From assembly GCF_009914755.1 (NCBI RefSeq), contig NC_060944.1: DNA of 64,000 bases. One strand, given 5' to 3'. Position 1 is the first letter of the stretch. The number at the start of each line of letters is the position of its first letter. Of this stretch, positions 11,202 to 26,500 are shown one piece after another. Origin of the DNA: the human T2T-CHM13v2.0 reference genome, Homo sapiens. The notes below the pieces were generated by a model. It saw only the letters and a list, made by a program, of their open reading frames with translations. It ran no database searches and had not been told where the DNA came from. The translations under genes and the position numbers were made by a program.

Positions 11202-14200
11202 CCCGACTGGACTGGAATGGAATGGAAGGTAATGGAATGAAATGGAGTCAAACCGACTGGAATGGAATGGAATGGAATGGAATGGAATGGATTGGAATGG
11301 AATGGAATGGATTCAGTGTGAGAGGAATGGAATGGAAGGGAGTGGAATGGAATAGAACGAAATGGAATTGAATGGAATGGAATGTAATGGAATGGATTGA
11401 AATGGAATGGAAAGGAATAAAGTCAAGTGAAATTGGATGAAATGGATTGGAATGGAATGGAATGGAATGGAATGGAATGGAATGGAATCCACCCAAGTGC
11501 AATGGAATGGATTTGAATGGATTGGAATGGAATGGAATGGAATGGAATGGAATGGAATGGACTTCACACGAGTGCAATGGAATGGAATGGAATGGAACCA
11601 ACCAGAGTGGAATGGAATGGAATGGAAATTAATGGAATGGAATGGAATGGAATCAACCCGAGTGGAATGGAATGGAATGCAATGAAATGGTTTGGAATGG
11701 TGTGGAATGGAATGGAATGGAATGCAATAGAATGGAATCAAAGCGAGTGGAATGGAATGGAATGAAATGGAATGGAATGGAATCAACAAGAGTGGAATGG
11801 AAGGGAATGGAATGGGATGGGATGGAATGGAATGGAATGCAATGCAATGGAATCAACCCGAGTAGAATGGAAAGGAATGGAATGGAATGGAAAGGAATGG
11901 AATGGAATGGAATGGAATGGAATGGAATGGAATCCACCCGATTACAATGGAAAGGAATGGCATGGAATGGAATGGAATGGAATGGATTGGAATGGAATAC
12001 AAGGGAATGCAATGGAATGGAGTCAACAGGAATGGAATGGAATGGAACCAACACGAGTGGAATGAAATGGAAAGGAGCGGAATGGACAGGAAAGGAATGG
12101 AAAGGAACTGAATGTAATGGAATCGAATGGAGTGGAATTGAATGGAATGAAATGGAATCAATGTGAGTGAAATGGAATGGAATGGAACGGAATGGATGGG
12201 AATGGAATGGAATGGAATGGAATGGAATGCAATGGAATCAATGAGAGTGCAATGGATGGAATGGAATGGAGCAAATAAAAAGTAATTTATTTGAATGGAA
12301 TGGAATCAACTGGAATGGAATGGAATGGAATGGAATGGAATGGAATAGAATGCCATGGAATGGAATGGAATGGAATGCCATGGAATGGAATGGAATGGAA
12401 TTAACAAGAAAGGAAAGGAATGGAATGGAATGGAATGGAATGGAATGGAATGGAGAAGACGCAAACCGAGTGGAATGGAATGGATTGCAATGGAATGGAA
12501 AGGAATGAAATGGAATGCAACGGAATGGAGTGGAATGGAATAGAATGGAATGGAATGGAATGGAATGGAATGGAATGGAATCAATGCAAGTGTAATTGAA
12601 TGGAATGGAATGGAATGGAATGGAGTGGAATTGATTGGAATTGATATGAATGGAATGGAATCAACCGGAATGGAATGGACTGGAATGGAATGGAATGGAA
12701 TGGAATCAACTAGAATGGAAAGGAATGGAATGCAATGCAATGGAATGGAATGGAATGGAATGGAATCAACCCTTGTGAAATGTAAACCAAAGGAATGGAA
12801 TGGAATGGAATGGAATTAAATGGAATGGAATCAACAAAAGTGGAATGGAATGGAAGGGAATACAACGGAATAGAATGGAATGGAATGGAATAAACCAGAG
12901 TGTAATGGAAGGGAATGGAATGCAATGGATTCGATTGGAATTAAATTAACTCCATTGGAATGGAGTGGAATGGAATGGAATGGAATGCAAAGAAGCCGAT
13001 TGGAATGCAGTGGACTGCAAAGGAATGGAATTGAAAGGGATGGAATGGAATGGAATGGAATAGAATGCAATGGAATGGAATGGAGTGGAATGGAATTAAC
13101 AAAAGTGGAATGGAAGGGAATGGAATAGAATGGAATGGAATGGAATGGAATGGAATGGAATCAACCCGAGTGGAATGGAATTGACGGGATTGGAATGGAA
13201 TGTAATGAACCCGAGTGGAATTGAATGGAATGGAATTGAATGGAATTAACCCGAGTGAAATGGAATGGAAAGGAACTGAATGGAATTTAATGGAATGGAA
13301 TGGAATGGAATGGAATGGAATGGAATGGAATGGAATGGTGTCGAATAGAATGGTATGGAATGGAATGAACCCTCGTGGAATGGAATGGAATGGAATGGAA
13401 TGGAATGGAATGGAATGGAATGGAATGGAACAGAATGGAACGGAATCTTCCGCAGTGGAATGGAATGGAATGGAATAGAATCAACCTGAGTGGAATGGAA
13501 TGGAATGCAATGAAATGTTATAGAATGGTTTAAATGGAAAGGAATGGAATCGAAACGAGGGGAATGGAATGGAATGGAAACGAATGGAATGGAATGGAAT
13601 GGAATGGAAACAACCCTAGTGGAATGGAACGAAATGCCAAGGAATGGTATGCAATGGAATGGAATGGAATAGAATGGAATCAAAACGAGTGGAATGCAAT
13701 GGAATGGAATGGAATAGATTGGAATGAAACCGAGTGGAATGGAATGCAATGGAATGAAATGGAATGGAATGGAATGGAATGGAATGGAATGGAATGGAAT
13801 GGAATGGAATGCAATAGCGCGGAATGGAATGGAATGGAATGGAATGGAATGGAATGGAATGCAATGGAATGGAATAGACTGCGACGGAATGGAATGGAAT
13901 GGTATTGAATGGAAACGATAGGAATGCATTCGAATGGAATCGAATGTAATCTACTTTTAATGGAAGGGAATGGAATGGAATGGAATGGAATCAATTATAT
14001 TGGAATGGAATGGAATGAAATGGAATGCAATGGAATGGAAAGGAATGCAATCAACCCGTGATAATGGAAAGCAAAGGAATGGAATAGAACGGAATGGAAT
14101 CAACAAAAGTGGAAAGGAAGGGAATGGAATAGAATGGAATGGAATGGAATGGATTGGAAGGCAATGGAGTCAACCCAAATGGAATCGAATGTTATGGAAT

Positions 14201-17200
14201 GAAATGGAAGGGAACGAAATGGAATGGAATGGCATGGAATGGAATGGGATGGAATGCAATTAAACCGAGTGGAGTGTAATGGATTTGAATGGAATGGAAT
14301 GGAATAAATTGCAATGGAATGGAATGGAATGCAATGGAATGGAATCAACCCGTCTGGAATGGAATGGAATGGAAAGGAATGGAAAGCAAGGCAATGGAAT
14401 GGAATGAACTGCAATGGAATGGAATGGAATGGAATGGAATGGAATGGAATGGAATGGATTGGAATCAAACCGAGTGGAATGGAATGGAATGGCATGAAAT
14501 GGAATGGAATGGAATGGAATGAAATCAACCTGAGTGGAATGGAATGGAATGGAATGGCATGGAATAGAATGGAATGGAGTGGATGAGAATCAATCTGAGT
14601 GGAATGCAAAGGAATGGAATTGAATGAAATGGAATGGAATAGAATGAACCAGAGTGGAATTGAGTGGAATTGACCGGAATGGAATGGAATGGAATGTAAT
14701 GGAATGGAATGGAATAAACCCGATTCGAATGCAATGGAAGGGAATGGAATCGAATGGAATGCAATGGCTTTGAATGGCATCAACAAGAGTGGAGTGCAAT
14801 GGAATGGAATGGATTGGAATGGAATGGAATCCACACGAGAGGAATGTAATGGAAAGGAATGGAAAGGAATGGAATCAACCCGAGTCGAATGGAATGCTAT
14901 GGAATGAAATGGAATGGAATGGAATGGTATGGAATGGAATGGAATGGAATGGAAAGGAAAGGAATGCAATTGAATCAAAACGAGTGGAATGGAAAGGAAT
15001 GGAAAGGAATGGAATGGAATTCAATAGAATCAACACGAGTGGAATGGAAAGAAAGGAATTTAATGGAATGGAAAGGAATGGACTGGAATACAATCCAGTG
15101 TACAGGAATAGAATGGAATGGAATGGAATGGAATAAATTCGAATGGAATGGAATGGAATGCAATGTAATATGATGGAAAGGAATAGAATGCACCCGAATG
15201 GAATGGAAAGGAATGGAATGGAATGGAATGGAATGGAATGGAATGGAATGGATTGGAATGGAATCAACGCGAGTGGAATGCAAAGGAATAGAATGGAATG
15301 GAATTAAATGGAATGGAATGGAAAGGAATGGAATGGAATGGAATGGAATGGAACGGAATCGAATGGAATGGAATGGAATGGAAAGGAATGGAATCAACCC
15401 GAGTGGAATGGAATGGAATGGAATGCAATGTAATGGAATGGAATCAACCCGAGTGGAATGCAATGGAATGGAATGGAATGGAATGGAATGGAATGGATTG
15501 GAATCAACAATGCGTGGAATGTATTGCATTTGAATAGACTGGAATGAACCCGAGAGGAATGGAATGGAATGGAATGGAATGGAATGGAATGGAATGGAAG
15601 GGAATGGAGTGGAATGGAATGGGATGGAATGGAATGAACCATAGTGGAATGGAATGGAATGGAATGGAATGGAATGGAATGGAATGGAACGGAATCAAGC
15701 CGAGTGGAATGAAATGGAATGGAACAGAATCAACCTGAGTGGAATGGAATGGAATGCAATGAAGTGGTATGAAATGTTTAGAATGGAATGGAATGGACTC
15801 AAAACGAGTGGAATGGAATGGAATGGAAATGAATGGAATGGAGTGGAATGGAAACAACCCGAGTGGAATGGAATGGAATGCAATAGAATGGTATGGAATG
15901 GAATGGAATGGAATAGAATGGAATCAAAACGAGTGGAATGGAATGGAATGGAATGGAATGGAATGGAATGCAATGGCATGGAATGGAATGGAATGAAATG
16001 GTATGGAATGGCATGGAATGGAATGGAATGGAATGGAATGGAATGGAATTGAATGGAATGGATTGGAATGTGTTGGAATGGAATCGAATGGAATCAACTG
16101 GAATGGAAGGGAATGGAATGGAATGGAATCAGTTAGATTGGAATGGCATGGAATGGAATGGAATGCAATGGAATGTAATGGAATGGAATCAACCCGTGTG
16201 GAATGTAATGCAAAGGAATGGTATGGAATGGAATCAACCAAAGTGGAATGGAACGGAATGGAATAGAATGGAAGGGAATGGAATGGAATCCAATGGAGTC
16301 AACCCAAATGGAATCGAATGGAATCGAATGCAATGGAATGGAAAGAAATGGAATCGAATGGAATGGAATGAAATGGAATGGAATGGAATGGAATGAGATG
16401 GGATGCAATGGAATTAAAACGAGTGGAGTGGAATGGAATGGAATGGAATGGAATGGAATGGAATGGAATGGAATGGAATAAATTAGAATGGAATGGAAAG
16501 CAATGCCATGGAACGGAATCAACCCCTGTGGAGTGGAATGGAATGGAATGGCATGGAAAGCAATTGAATGGAATGGAATCAACCAGAGTGCAATGGAGTG
16601 GAATGGAATGGAATGGAATGGAATCAACCCGAGTGAAATGGAATGGAAAGTTACGGAATGGAATGGAATGGAATGGAATGGAATGGAATGGAATGGAATG
16701 GAATGCAATGGAATGGAATTAACCCGAGTAGAATGGCATGGAATGGAATGGAATGGAATGCATTTCAATGGAATGGAATGGAATGGAATGTAGTCAACGC
16801 GAGTGGAATGGATTGGAATGGAATGGAAGGGAATGGAATGGAATGGAATCAACCCGAGTGGAATGGATGGGAGTGGAATGGAATGGAATGGCTAGGAACG
16901 GAATGGATTGGAGTGGAATGGAATGGAGTGGAATAGAATGGAATTCAATGGATAGGTATGGAAGGGAATCGAGTGGAATGGAATGGCATGGAAGAGAATG
17001 GAAGGAATGGAAAGGAATCAAGCCGAGTGGAATCGAAAGGAATGGAATGGAATTGAATGGAATGGATTGGAATTGACAAAACCCGATTGGAATGCAATGG
17101 AATGGAACGGAATGAAATGAAATGGAAAGGAATGGAACGGAATCAAAGCGATGGGAAAGGAATGCAAAGGAATGAAATGGAATGGAATCCACCCGAGTGA

Positions 17201-20200
17201 AATGGAATGGAATGGAATGGAGTGGAATCAACCCAAGTGGAATGGAATCGAATTGAATGGAATGGATTGGAATGGAATGGAATGGAATGGAATGGAATGG
17301 AATGGAATTACCCAGAGTGAAATGGCATGGAAAGGAACGGAATAGAATTTAATGGAATAGAATGGAATGGAATGGAATCAACCCGAGTGGAATTGAATGG
17401 AATGAAATGGAATGCAATGTAATGGAATGGAACCAATAAGAGTGGAATGGATTGGAATGGAATGGAATGGAATGAAAGGGAATGGATAAAACGTGAATGG
17501 AATGGAATGGAATGGAATGGAATGGAATGGAAAAGAATGGAATGGAATGGAATACACCAGAGTGGAATGGAATAGAATGGAATGGAATGGAGTGGAATTA
17601 ACCCCAGTGGAATGGAATGGAATGGAATGGAATGGAATGGAATGGAATGGAATGGAATGGATTGGAATCAAACCGAGTGGAATGGAATGGAATGCAATGG
17701 AATGGAATGGGATGGAATGGAATCAAACCGAGTGGAGTGGAATGGAATTGAATGGAATAAATTGGAATGGAAAGGAATGGAATGGAATGAAATGGAAAGG
17801 AATGGAATAGAATCAACCACAGTGGAATGGAATGGAATGGAATGGAATGGAATGGAATGGAATGGAATCAACCCGAGTGGAATGGAATTTAATTAAATGG
17901 AATGGAATGGAATGAACCCGAGTGGAATGGAATGGAATGGAATTGAATGGAATTAACCCGAGTGAAACGGAATGGAAAGGAACGGAATGGAATTTAATGG
18001 AATGGAATGGAATGGAATGGAATGGAATGGAATCAACTTGAGTGGAATGGAATGAAATGGAATGGAATGGAAAGCAATGGAATTGAATGGAATCAACCAG
18101 AGTTGAATGGAATTGAATGGAATGGAATGGAAGGGAATCAACCAAATGGAATGGAATGGAATTGAAACAAACCAAGTGAAATGGAATGGAAAGCTACGGA
18201 ATGGAATGATTTGGAATCAAACCGAGTGGAATGGAATGGAATGGAATGGAATGGAACGGAATGAAATCAACCTGAGTGGAATGGAATGGAATGGAATGGA
18301 ATGGAATGGAATGGAATGGAATGGGATGGAATAGAATGGAATGGAGTGGATTAGAATCAATCTGAATGGAATGGAAAGGAATGGAAAGGAATGCAATTGA
18401 ATGGAATGGAATGGAATGGAATGGAATTGAATAGAATCAACCAGAGTGGAATGGAGTGGAATGGAACGGAATGGAATGGAATGCAATGGAATAAATCCGA
18501 GTAGAATGCAATGGAAAGGAATGGAACCAAATGGAATGGAATGGCATTGAATGGGATCAACACGAGTGGAATGGAATGGAATGGAATGGATTGGAATTGA
18601 ATGGAATTCACCAGAGTGGAATATAATGGAAAAGAATGGAATGTAGTGGAATCAACCCGAGTGGAATGGAATCGTATAGATTGAAATGGAATGGAATGGA
18701 ATGGTATGGAATGGAATGGAATGGAATGGAATGGAAAGGAAAGGAATGCAATGGAATCAAAACGAGTGGAATGGAATGGAATGGAAAGGAATGGAATGGA
18801 ATTCAATAGAATCAACCAGAGTGGAATGGAATGGAAAGGAACTGAATGGAATGGAATTGAATGGAATGGAATCCAATCCAGTGTAAGGAAATGGAATTGA
18901 ATGGAATGGAATGGAATGGAATGGAATGGAATGGACTGGACTGTAATAAATTCGAGTGGAAAGGAATGGAATGCAATTTAATATAATGGAAATCAATGGA
19001 ATCCACCCGAATGGAATGGAAAGGAATGGAATGGAATGGAATGGAATGGAATGGAATGGAATGTATTGGAATGGAATCAACTCGAGTGGAATGGAAAGGA
19101 ATGGAATGGAATGAAATGGAATGGAATGGAATGGAATGGAATGGAATGGAATGGAATAGAATGGAAATGAATGGAATCAACCCGAGTTTAATGGAATGGA
19201 ATGGAATGCAATGGAATGGAATGGAATCAACATGAGTGGAATGCAATAGAATGGAATGGAATGGAATGGAATGAAATGGATTGGAATCAACCCACGTGGA
19301 ATGTAGTGGATTCAAATGGAATGGAATCAACACGAGAGGAATGAAATGGAATGGAATGGAATGGAAAGGAATGGAATGGAGTGGAATGGAATGGGATGGA
19401 ATGGAATGGAATGGAATGGGATGGGATAGAATGGAATGGAATGGAATGGAATGGAATGGAATGGAATGGAATGGAATGGAATCAACCCTAGTGGAATGGA
19501 ATGGAATGTAATGGAATGGAATGGAATCAACCTGAGTGGAATTGAATTGAATGCAATGAAATGGTATGGAATGATTGGAATGGAATGGAATGGACTCAAA
19601 ACGAGTGGAATGGAATGGAATGCAATGGAATGGCATGGAATGGAATGGAATGGAATGGAATGGAATGGAATGGAATAGAATGGAATGAAAGCGAGTGTAA
19701 TGGAATGGATTCGAATGGAATGGTATAGATTGGAATCAAAGAGAGTGGAATGGAATGCAATGAAATGGAATCGAATGGAATGGGATGGAATGCAATGTCA
19801 TGGAATGGAGTGGAATGGAATGGAATGGAATGGAATGGAATGGAATGGAATGGAATAGAGTGCAACGGAATGGAATGGCATGGAATTGAATGGAATGGAT
19901 TAGAATGCGTTGGAATGGAGTAGAATGGAATCAAATGGGATGAAAGGGAATGGAATCGAATGGAATTAAATAGATTACAATGCAATGGAATGGAATGGAA
20001 AGCAATGGAATGGAATGGAATGGAATCAACACGTGTGGAATGTAACGCAAACGAATGGAATGGAATGCAATGGAATCAACAAAAGTGGAATGGAAGGGAA
20101 TGGAATAGAATGGAATGGAATGGAATGGAATGCAATGAAGCCAACCCAAGTGGAATAGAATGGAATGGAATTCGACGGAGTGGAATGAAAGGGAATGGAA

Positions 20201-21718
20201 TGGAATGGGATGGAATGGAATTAAACCCAACGGAGTGAATTGGAATTGAATGGAATGAAATGGACAGGAATGCAATGGAATGGAATCAACCCGTGTCGAA
20301 TGCAATGGAATGGAATGGAATGGAATGGAATGGAATGGAATGGAATGGAATGGGAAGCAATGGAATGGAATGGAATCAACCAGAGTGGAATGCAACGGAA
20401 TGGAATGGAATGGAATGGAATGGAATGGAATGGAATCAACCAGAGTGGAATGGAATGGAATGGCATGGAATGGGATCAACCGGAGTGAAATGGAATGGAA
20501 AGTTACGGAATGGAATGGAATGGGATCAACCGGAGGGAAATGGAATGGAAAGTTACGGAATGGAATGGAATGGAATGGAATGGAATCAACACGAGTGAAA
20601 TGGAATTGAAAGAACGGAATGGAATTTAATGTAATGGAATGGAATGGAATGGAATCACCCCGAGTGGAATGGAATGGAATGGAATGGAATGGAATGGAAT
20701 GGAACCAATAAGAGTGGAATGATTTAGAATGGAATGGAATGGAATGAAACGGAATGGAATCAACCCGAGTGGAATGGAATGGAATGATATTGAATGGAAT
20801 GGAATGGAATGGAATCCACCAGAGTGCAATGGAATAGAATGGAATGGAATGGAGTGGAATTAACCCAAGTGGAATGAAATGGAATCGAATGGAATGAAGT
20901 GGAATGGAATGGAATGGAATGGATTGGAATCAAACTGAGTGAAATGGAATGGAAAGGAATGGGATGGAATAGAATGGAATGGAGGGGATTGGAATCAATA
21001 TGAGTGGAATGGAAACGAATGGAATGGAATGGAAAGGAATGGATTGGAATGGAATGGAATGGAACAGAATCAACCAGAGTGGAATTGAGTTTAATGGACC
21101 GGAATGGAATGGAACGGAATGGAATAAACCCGAGTAGAATGCAAAGGAAGGGAATGGAATCGAATGGAATGGAATGGCGTTGAATGGAATCAACACAAGT
21201 GGAATGGAATGGAATGGAATGGATTGCAATGGAATGGAATCAACCCGAGTGGAATGTAATGTAATGGAATGGAATGGAATAGAATCAACCCAAGTAGAAT
21301 GGAATGGTAAGGAATGAAATGGAATTGAATGGAATGGAATGGTATGGAATGGAATGGAATGCAATGCAATGGAAAGGAATGCAATGGAATCAAAACGAGT
21401 GGAATGGAATGGAATGGAAAGGAATGGAATGGAATTCAATAGAATCAACGCGAGTGGAATGGAATGCAAAGGAATGGAATGGAATGGAATGGAATGGAAT
21501 GGAATGGAATGGAATGAAATGGATTGGAATCAACCCGCATGGAATGTAGTGGATTCGAATGGAATGGAATCAACCCGATAGGAATGGAATGAAATGGAAT
21601 GGAATGAAATGGAATGGAATGCAATGGAATTGAATGGAAAGGAATGGAGTCAAACTTACTGGAATGGAAGAGAATGGAATGGAAAGGAATGGAATGGAGT
21701 GGAATGCAATGGAATCAA
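11202..21718 (+). repeat. Higher-order unit A2 (~10.5 kb)
   Basis: Same landmark order as A1. Identical translations at offsets 10521-10551 (e.g. 2334..2582 = 12880..13128; 6217..6555 = 16738..17076; 9433..9711 = 19960..20238). Confidence 0.88.
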
Positions 21719-23527
21719 CCCGACTGGACTGGAATGGAATGGAAGGTAATGGAATGAAATGGAGTCAAACCGACTGGAATGGAATGGAATGGAATGCAAT
21801 GGAATCAACTCGAATGGAATGGAATGGAATGGAATGGAATGGAATGGAATGGAATGGAATGGAATGAAATGGATTGGAATGGAATGGAATGGATTCAGTG
21901 TGAGAGGAATGGAATGGAAGGGAGTGGAATGGAATAGAACGAAATGGAATAGAATGGTTTGGAATGCAATGGAATGGATTGAAATGGAATGGAAAGGAAT
22001 AAAATCAAGTGAAATTGGATGGAATGGATTGGAAAGGAATGGAATGGAATGGAATGGAATGGAATGGAATGGAATCCACCCAAGTGCAATGGAATGGATT
22101 TGAATGGATTGGAATGGAATGGAATGGAATGGAATGGACTTCACACGAGTGCAATGGAATGGAATGGAATGGAACCAACCAGAGTGGAATGGAATGGAAT
22201 GGAAACTAATGGAATGGAATGGAATGGAATCACAGCGAGTGGAATGGAATGGAATGCAATGAAATGGTTTGGAATGGTGTGGAATGGAATGGAATGGAAT
22301 GCAATGGAATGGAATCAAAGCGAGTGGAATGGAATGGAATGAAATGGAATGGAATGGAATCAACACGAGTGGAATGGAAGGGAATGGAATGGGATGGGAT
22401 GGAATGGAATGGAATGCAATGCAATGGAATCAACCCGAGTAGAATGGAAAGGAATGGAATGGAAGGGAATGGAATGGAATGGAATGGAATGGAATAGAAT
22501 GGAATGGAATGCAATGGAATCCAAGCGATTAGAATGGAAAGGAATGGCATGGAATGGAATGGAATGGAATGGAATGGAATGGAATGGAATACAAGGGAAT
22601 GGAATGGAATGGAGTCAACTGGAATGGAATGGAATGGAACCAACACGAGTGGAATGAAATGGAAAGGAGCGGAATGGACAGGAAAAGAATGGAAAGGAAC
22701 TGAATGTAATGGAATCGAATGGAGTGGAATTGAATGGAATGAAATGGAATCAATGTGAGTGAAATGGAATGGTATGGAACGGAATGGATGGGAATGGAAT
22801 GGAATGGAATGGAATGGAATGCAATGGAATCAATGAGAGTGCAAAGGAATGGAATGGAATGGGGCAAATAAAATGGAATTTATTTGAATGGAATGGAATC
22901 AACTGGAATTGAATGGAATGGAATGGAATGGAATGGAATGGAATAGAAAGCCATGGAATGGAATGGAATGGAATGCCATGGAATGGAATGGAATGGAATT
23001 AACAAGAATGGAAAGGAATGGAATGGAATGGAATGGAATGGAATGGAATGGAATGGAATGGAGAGGAGGCAAACCGAGTGGAATGGAATGGATTGCAATG
23101 GAATGGAAAGGAATGGAATGGAATGGAATGGAATGCAACGGAATGGAGTGGAATGGAATGGAATGCAATGCAATGGAAAGGAATGCAATGGAATCAAAAC
23201 GAGTGGAATGGAATGGAATGGAAAGGAATGGAATGGAATTCAATAGAATCAACGCGAGTGGAATGGAATGCAAAGGAATGGAATGGAATGGAATGGAATG
23301 GAATGGAATGGAATGGAATGGAATGAAATGGATTGGAATCAACCCGCATGGAATGTAGTGGATTCGAATGGAATGGAATCAACCCGATAGGAATGGAATG
23401 AAATAGAATGGAATGAAATGGAATGGAATGCAATGGAATTGAATGGAAAGGAATGGAGTCAAACTTAATGGAATGGAAGAGAATGGAATGGAAAGGAATG
23501 GAATGGAGTGGAATGCAATGGAATCAA
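21719..23527 (+). repeat. Short unit S1 (~1.8 kb tandem duplication of the unit-boundary region)
   Basis: Landmarks repeat at ~1.75-1.81 kb spacing (CCCGACTGGACTGG 21719/23528; TTCAGTGTGAG 21894/23638; GAGAGGAGGC 23061/~24834). The actual jump-back junction is near 23160. Confidence 0.85.
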
Positions 23528-26500
23528 CCCGACTGGACTGGAATGGAATGGAAGGTAATGGAATGAAATGGAGTCAAACCGACTGGAATGGAATGGAATG
23601 GAATGGAATGGAATGGATTGGAGTGGAATGGAATGGATTCAGTGTGAGAGGAATGGAATGGAAGGGAGTGGAATGGAATAGAACGAAATGGAATTGAATG
23701 GAATGGAATGTAATGGAATGGATTGAAATGGAATGGAAAGGAATAAAGTCAAGTGAAATTGGATGAAATGGATTGGAATGGAATGGAATGGAATGGAATG
23801 GAATGGAATGGAATCCACCCAAGTGCAATGGAATGGATTTGAATGGATTGGAATGGAATGGAATGGAATGGAATGGAATGGAATGGACTTCACACGAGTG
23901 CAATGGAATGGAATGGAATGGAACCAACCAGAGTGGAATGGAATGGAATGGAAATTAATGGAATGGAATGGAATGGAATCAACCCGAGTGGAATGGAATG
24001 GAATGCAATGAAATGGTTTGGAATGGTGTGGAATGGAATGGAATGGAATGCAATAGAATGGAATCAAAGCGAGTGGAATGGAATGGAATGAAATGGAATG
24101 GAATGGAATCAACAAGAGTGGAATGGAAGGGAATGGAATGGGATGGGATGGAATGGAATGGAATGCAATGCAATGGAATCAACCCGAGTAGAATGGAAAG
24201 GAATGTAATGGAAGGGAATGGAATGGAATGGAGTGGAATGGAATGGAATGGATTGGAATGGAATGCAATGGAATCCAAGCGATTAGAATGGAAAGGAATG
24301 GCATGGAATGGAATGGAATGGAATGGAATGGAATGGAATGGAATGGAATGGAATGGAATACAAGGGAATGGAATGGAATGGAGTCAACTGGAATGGAATG
24401 GAATGGAACCAACACGAGTGGAATGAAATGGAAAGGAGCGGAATGGACAGGAAAGGAATGGAAAGGAACTGAATGTAATGGAATCGAATGGCGTGGAATT
24501 GAATGGAATGAAATGGAATCAATGTGAGTGAAATGGAATGGTATGGAACGGATTGGATGGGAATGGAATGGAATGGAATGGAATGGAATGCAATGGAATC
24601 AATGAGAGTGTAAAGAAATGGAATGGAATGGAGCAAATAAAATGGAATTTATTTGAATGGAATGGAATCAACTGGAATGGAATGGAATGGAATGGAATGG
24701 AATGGAATAGAATGCCATGGAATGGAATGGAATGGAATGCCATGGAATGGAATGGAATGGAATGCCATGGAATGGAATGGAATGGAATTAACAAGAATGG
24801 AAAGGAATGGAATGGAATGGAATGGAATGGAATGGAGAGGAGGCAAACCGAGTGGAATGGAATGGATTGCAATGGAATGGAAAGGAATGGAATGGAATGG
24901 AATGGAATGCAACGGAATGGAGTGGAATGGAATGGAATGGAATGGAATGGAATGGAATGGAATGGAATCAATTATATTAGAATGGAATGGAATGAAATGG
25001 AATGCAATGGAATGGAAAGGAATGCAATCAACACGTGGTAATGGAATGCAAAGGAATGGAATAGAACGGAATGGAATCAACAAAAGTGGAATGGAAGGGA
25101 ATGGAATAGAATGGAATGGAATGGAATGGATTGGAATGCAATGGAGTCAACCCAAATGGAATCGAATGGAATGGAATGAAATGGAAGGGAACGAAATGGA
25201 ATGGAATGGCATGGAATGGAATGGGATGGAATGGAATTAAAGCGAGTGGAGTGGAATGGATTTGAATGGAATGGAATGGAATAAATTGCAATGGAATGGA
25301 ATGGAATGCAATGGAATGGAATCAACCCGTCTGGAATGGAATGGAATGGAAAGGAATGGAAAGAAAGGCAATGGAATGGAATCAACTGGAATGGAATGGA
25401 ATGGATTGGAATCAAACCGAGTGGAATGGAATGGAATGGCATGAAATGGAATGGAATGGAATGGAATGAAATCAACCTGAGTGGAATGGAATGGAATGGA
25501 ATGGCATGGAATAGAATGGAATGGAGTGGATGAGAATCAATCTGAGTGGAATGCAAAGGAATGGAATTGAATGCAATGGAATGCAATGGAATGGAATAGA
25601 ATGAACCAGAGTGGAATTGAGTGGAATTGACCAGAATGGAATGGAATGGAATGTAATGGAACGGAATGGAATAAACCCGATTCGAATGCAATCGAATGGA
25701 ATGGAATCGAATGGAATGCAATGGCATTGAATGGCATCAACAAGAGTGGAATGCAATGGAATGGAATGGATTGGAATGGAATGGAATCCACACGAGAGGA
25801 ATGTAATGGAAAGGAATGGAAAGGAGTGGAATCAACCCGAGTCGAAAGGAATGCTATGGAATGAAATGGAATGGAATGGAATGGAATGGTACGGAATGGA
25901 ATGGAATGGAATGGAAAGGAAAGGAATGCAGTTGAATCAAAACGAGTGGAATGGAATGGAATGGAAAGGAATGGAATGGAATTCAATAGAATCAACCCGA
26001 GTGGAATGGAAAGGAAAGGAATTTAATGGAATGGAAAGGAATGGAATGGAATACAATCCAGTGTACAGGAATGGAATGGAATGGAATGGAATGGAATAGA
26101 ATGGAATAAATTCGAGTGGAATGGAATGGAATGCAATGTAATATGATGGAAAGGAATAGAATCCACCTGAATGGAATGGAATGGAATGGAATGGAATGGA
26201 ATGGAATGGATTGGAATGGAATCAACGCGAGTGGAATGGAAAGGAATAGAATGGAATGGAATTAAATGGAATTGAATGGAAAGGAATGGAATGGAACGGA
26301 ATCGAATGGAATGGAATGGAATGGAAAGGAATGGAATCAACCCGAGTGGAATGGAATGGAATGGAATGCAATGTAAAGGAATGGAATAAACCCAAGTGGA
26401 ATGCAATGGAATGGAATGGAATGGAATGGAATGGAATGGATTGGAATCAACAATGCGTGGAATGTATTGCATTTGAATAGAATGGAATGAACCTGAGAGG

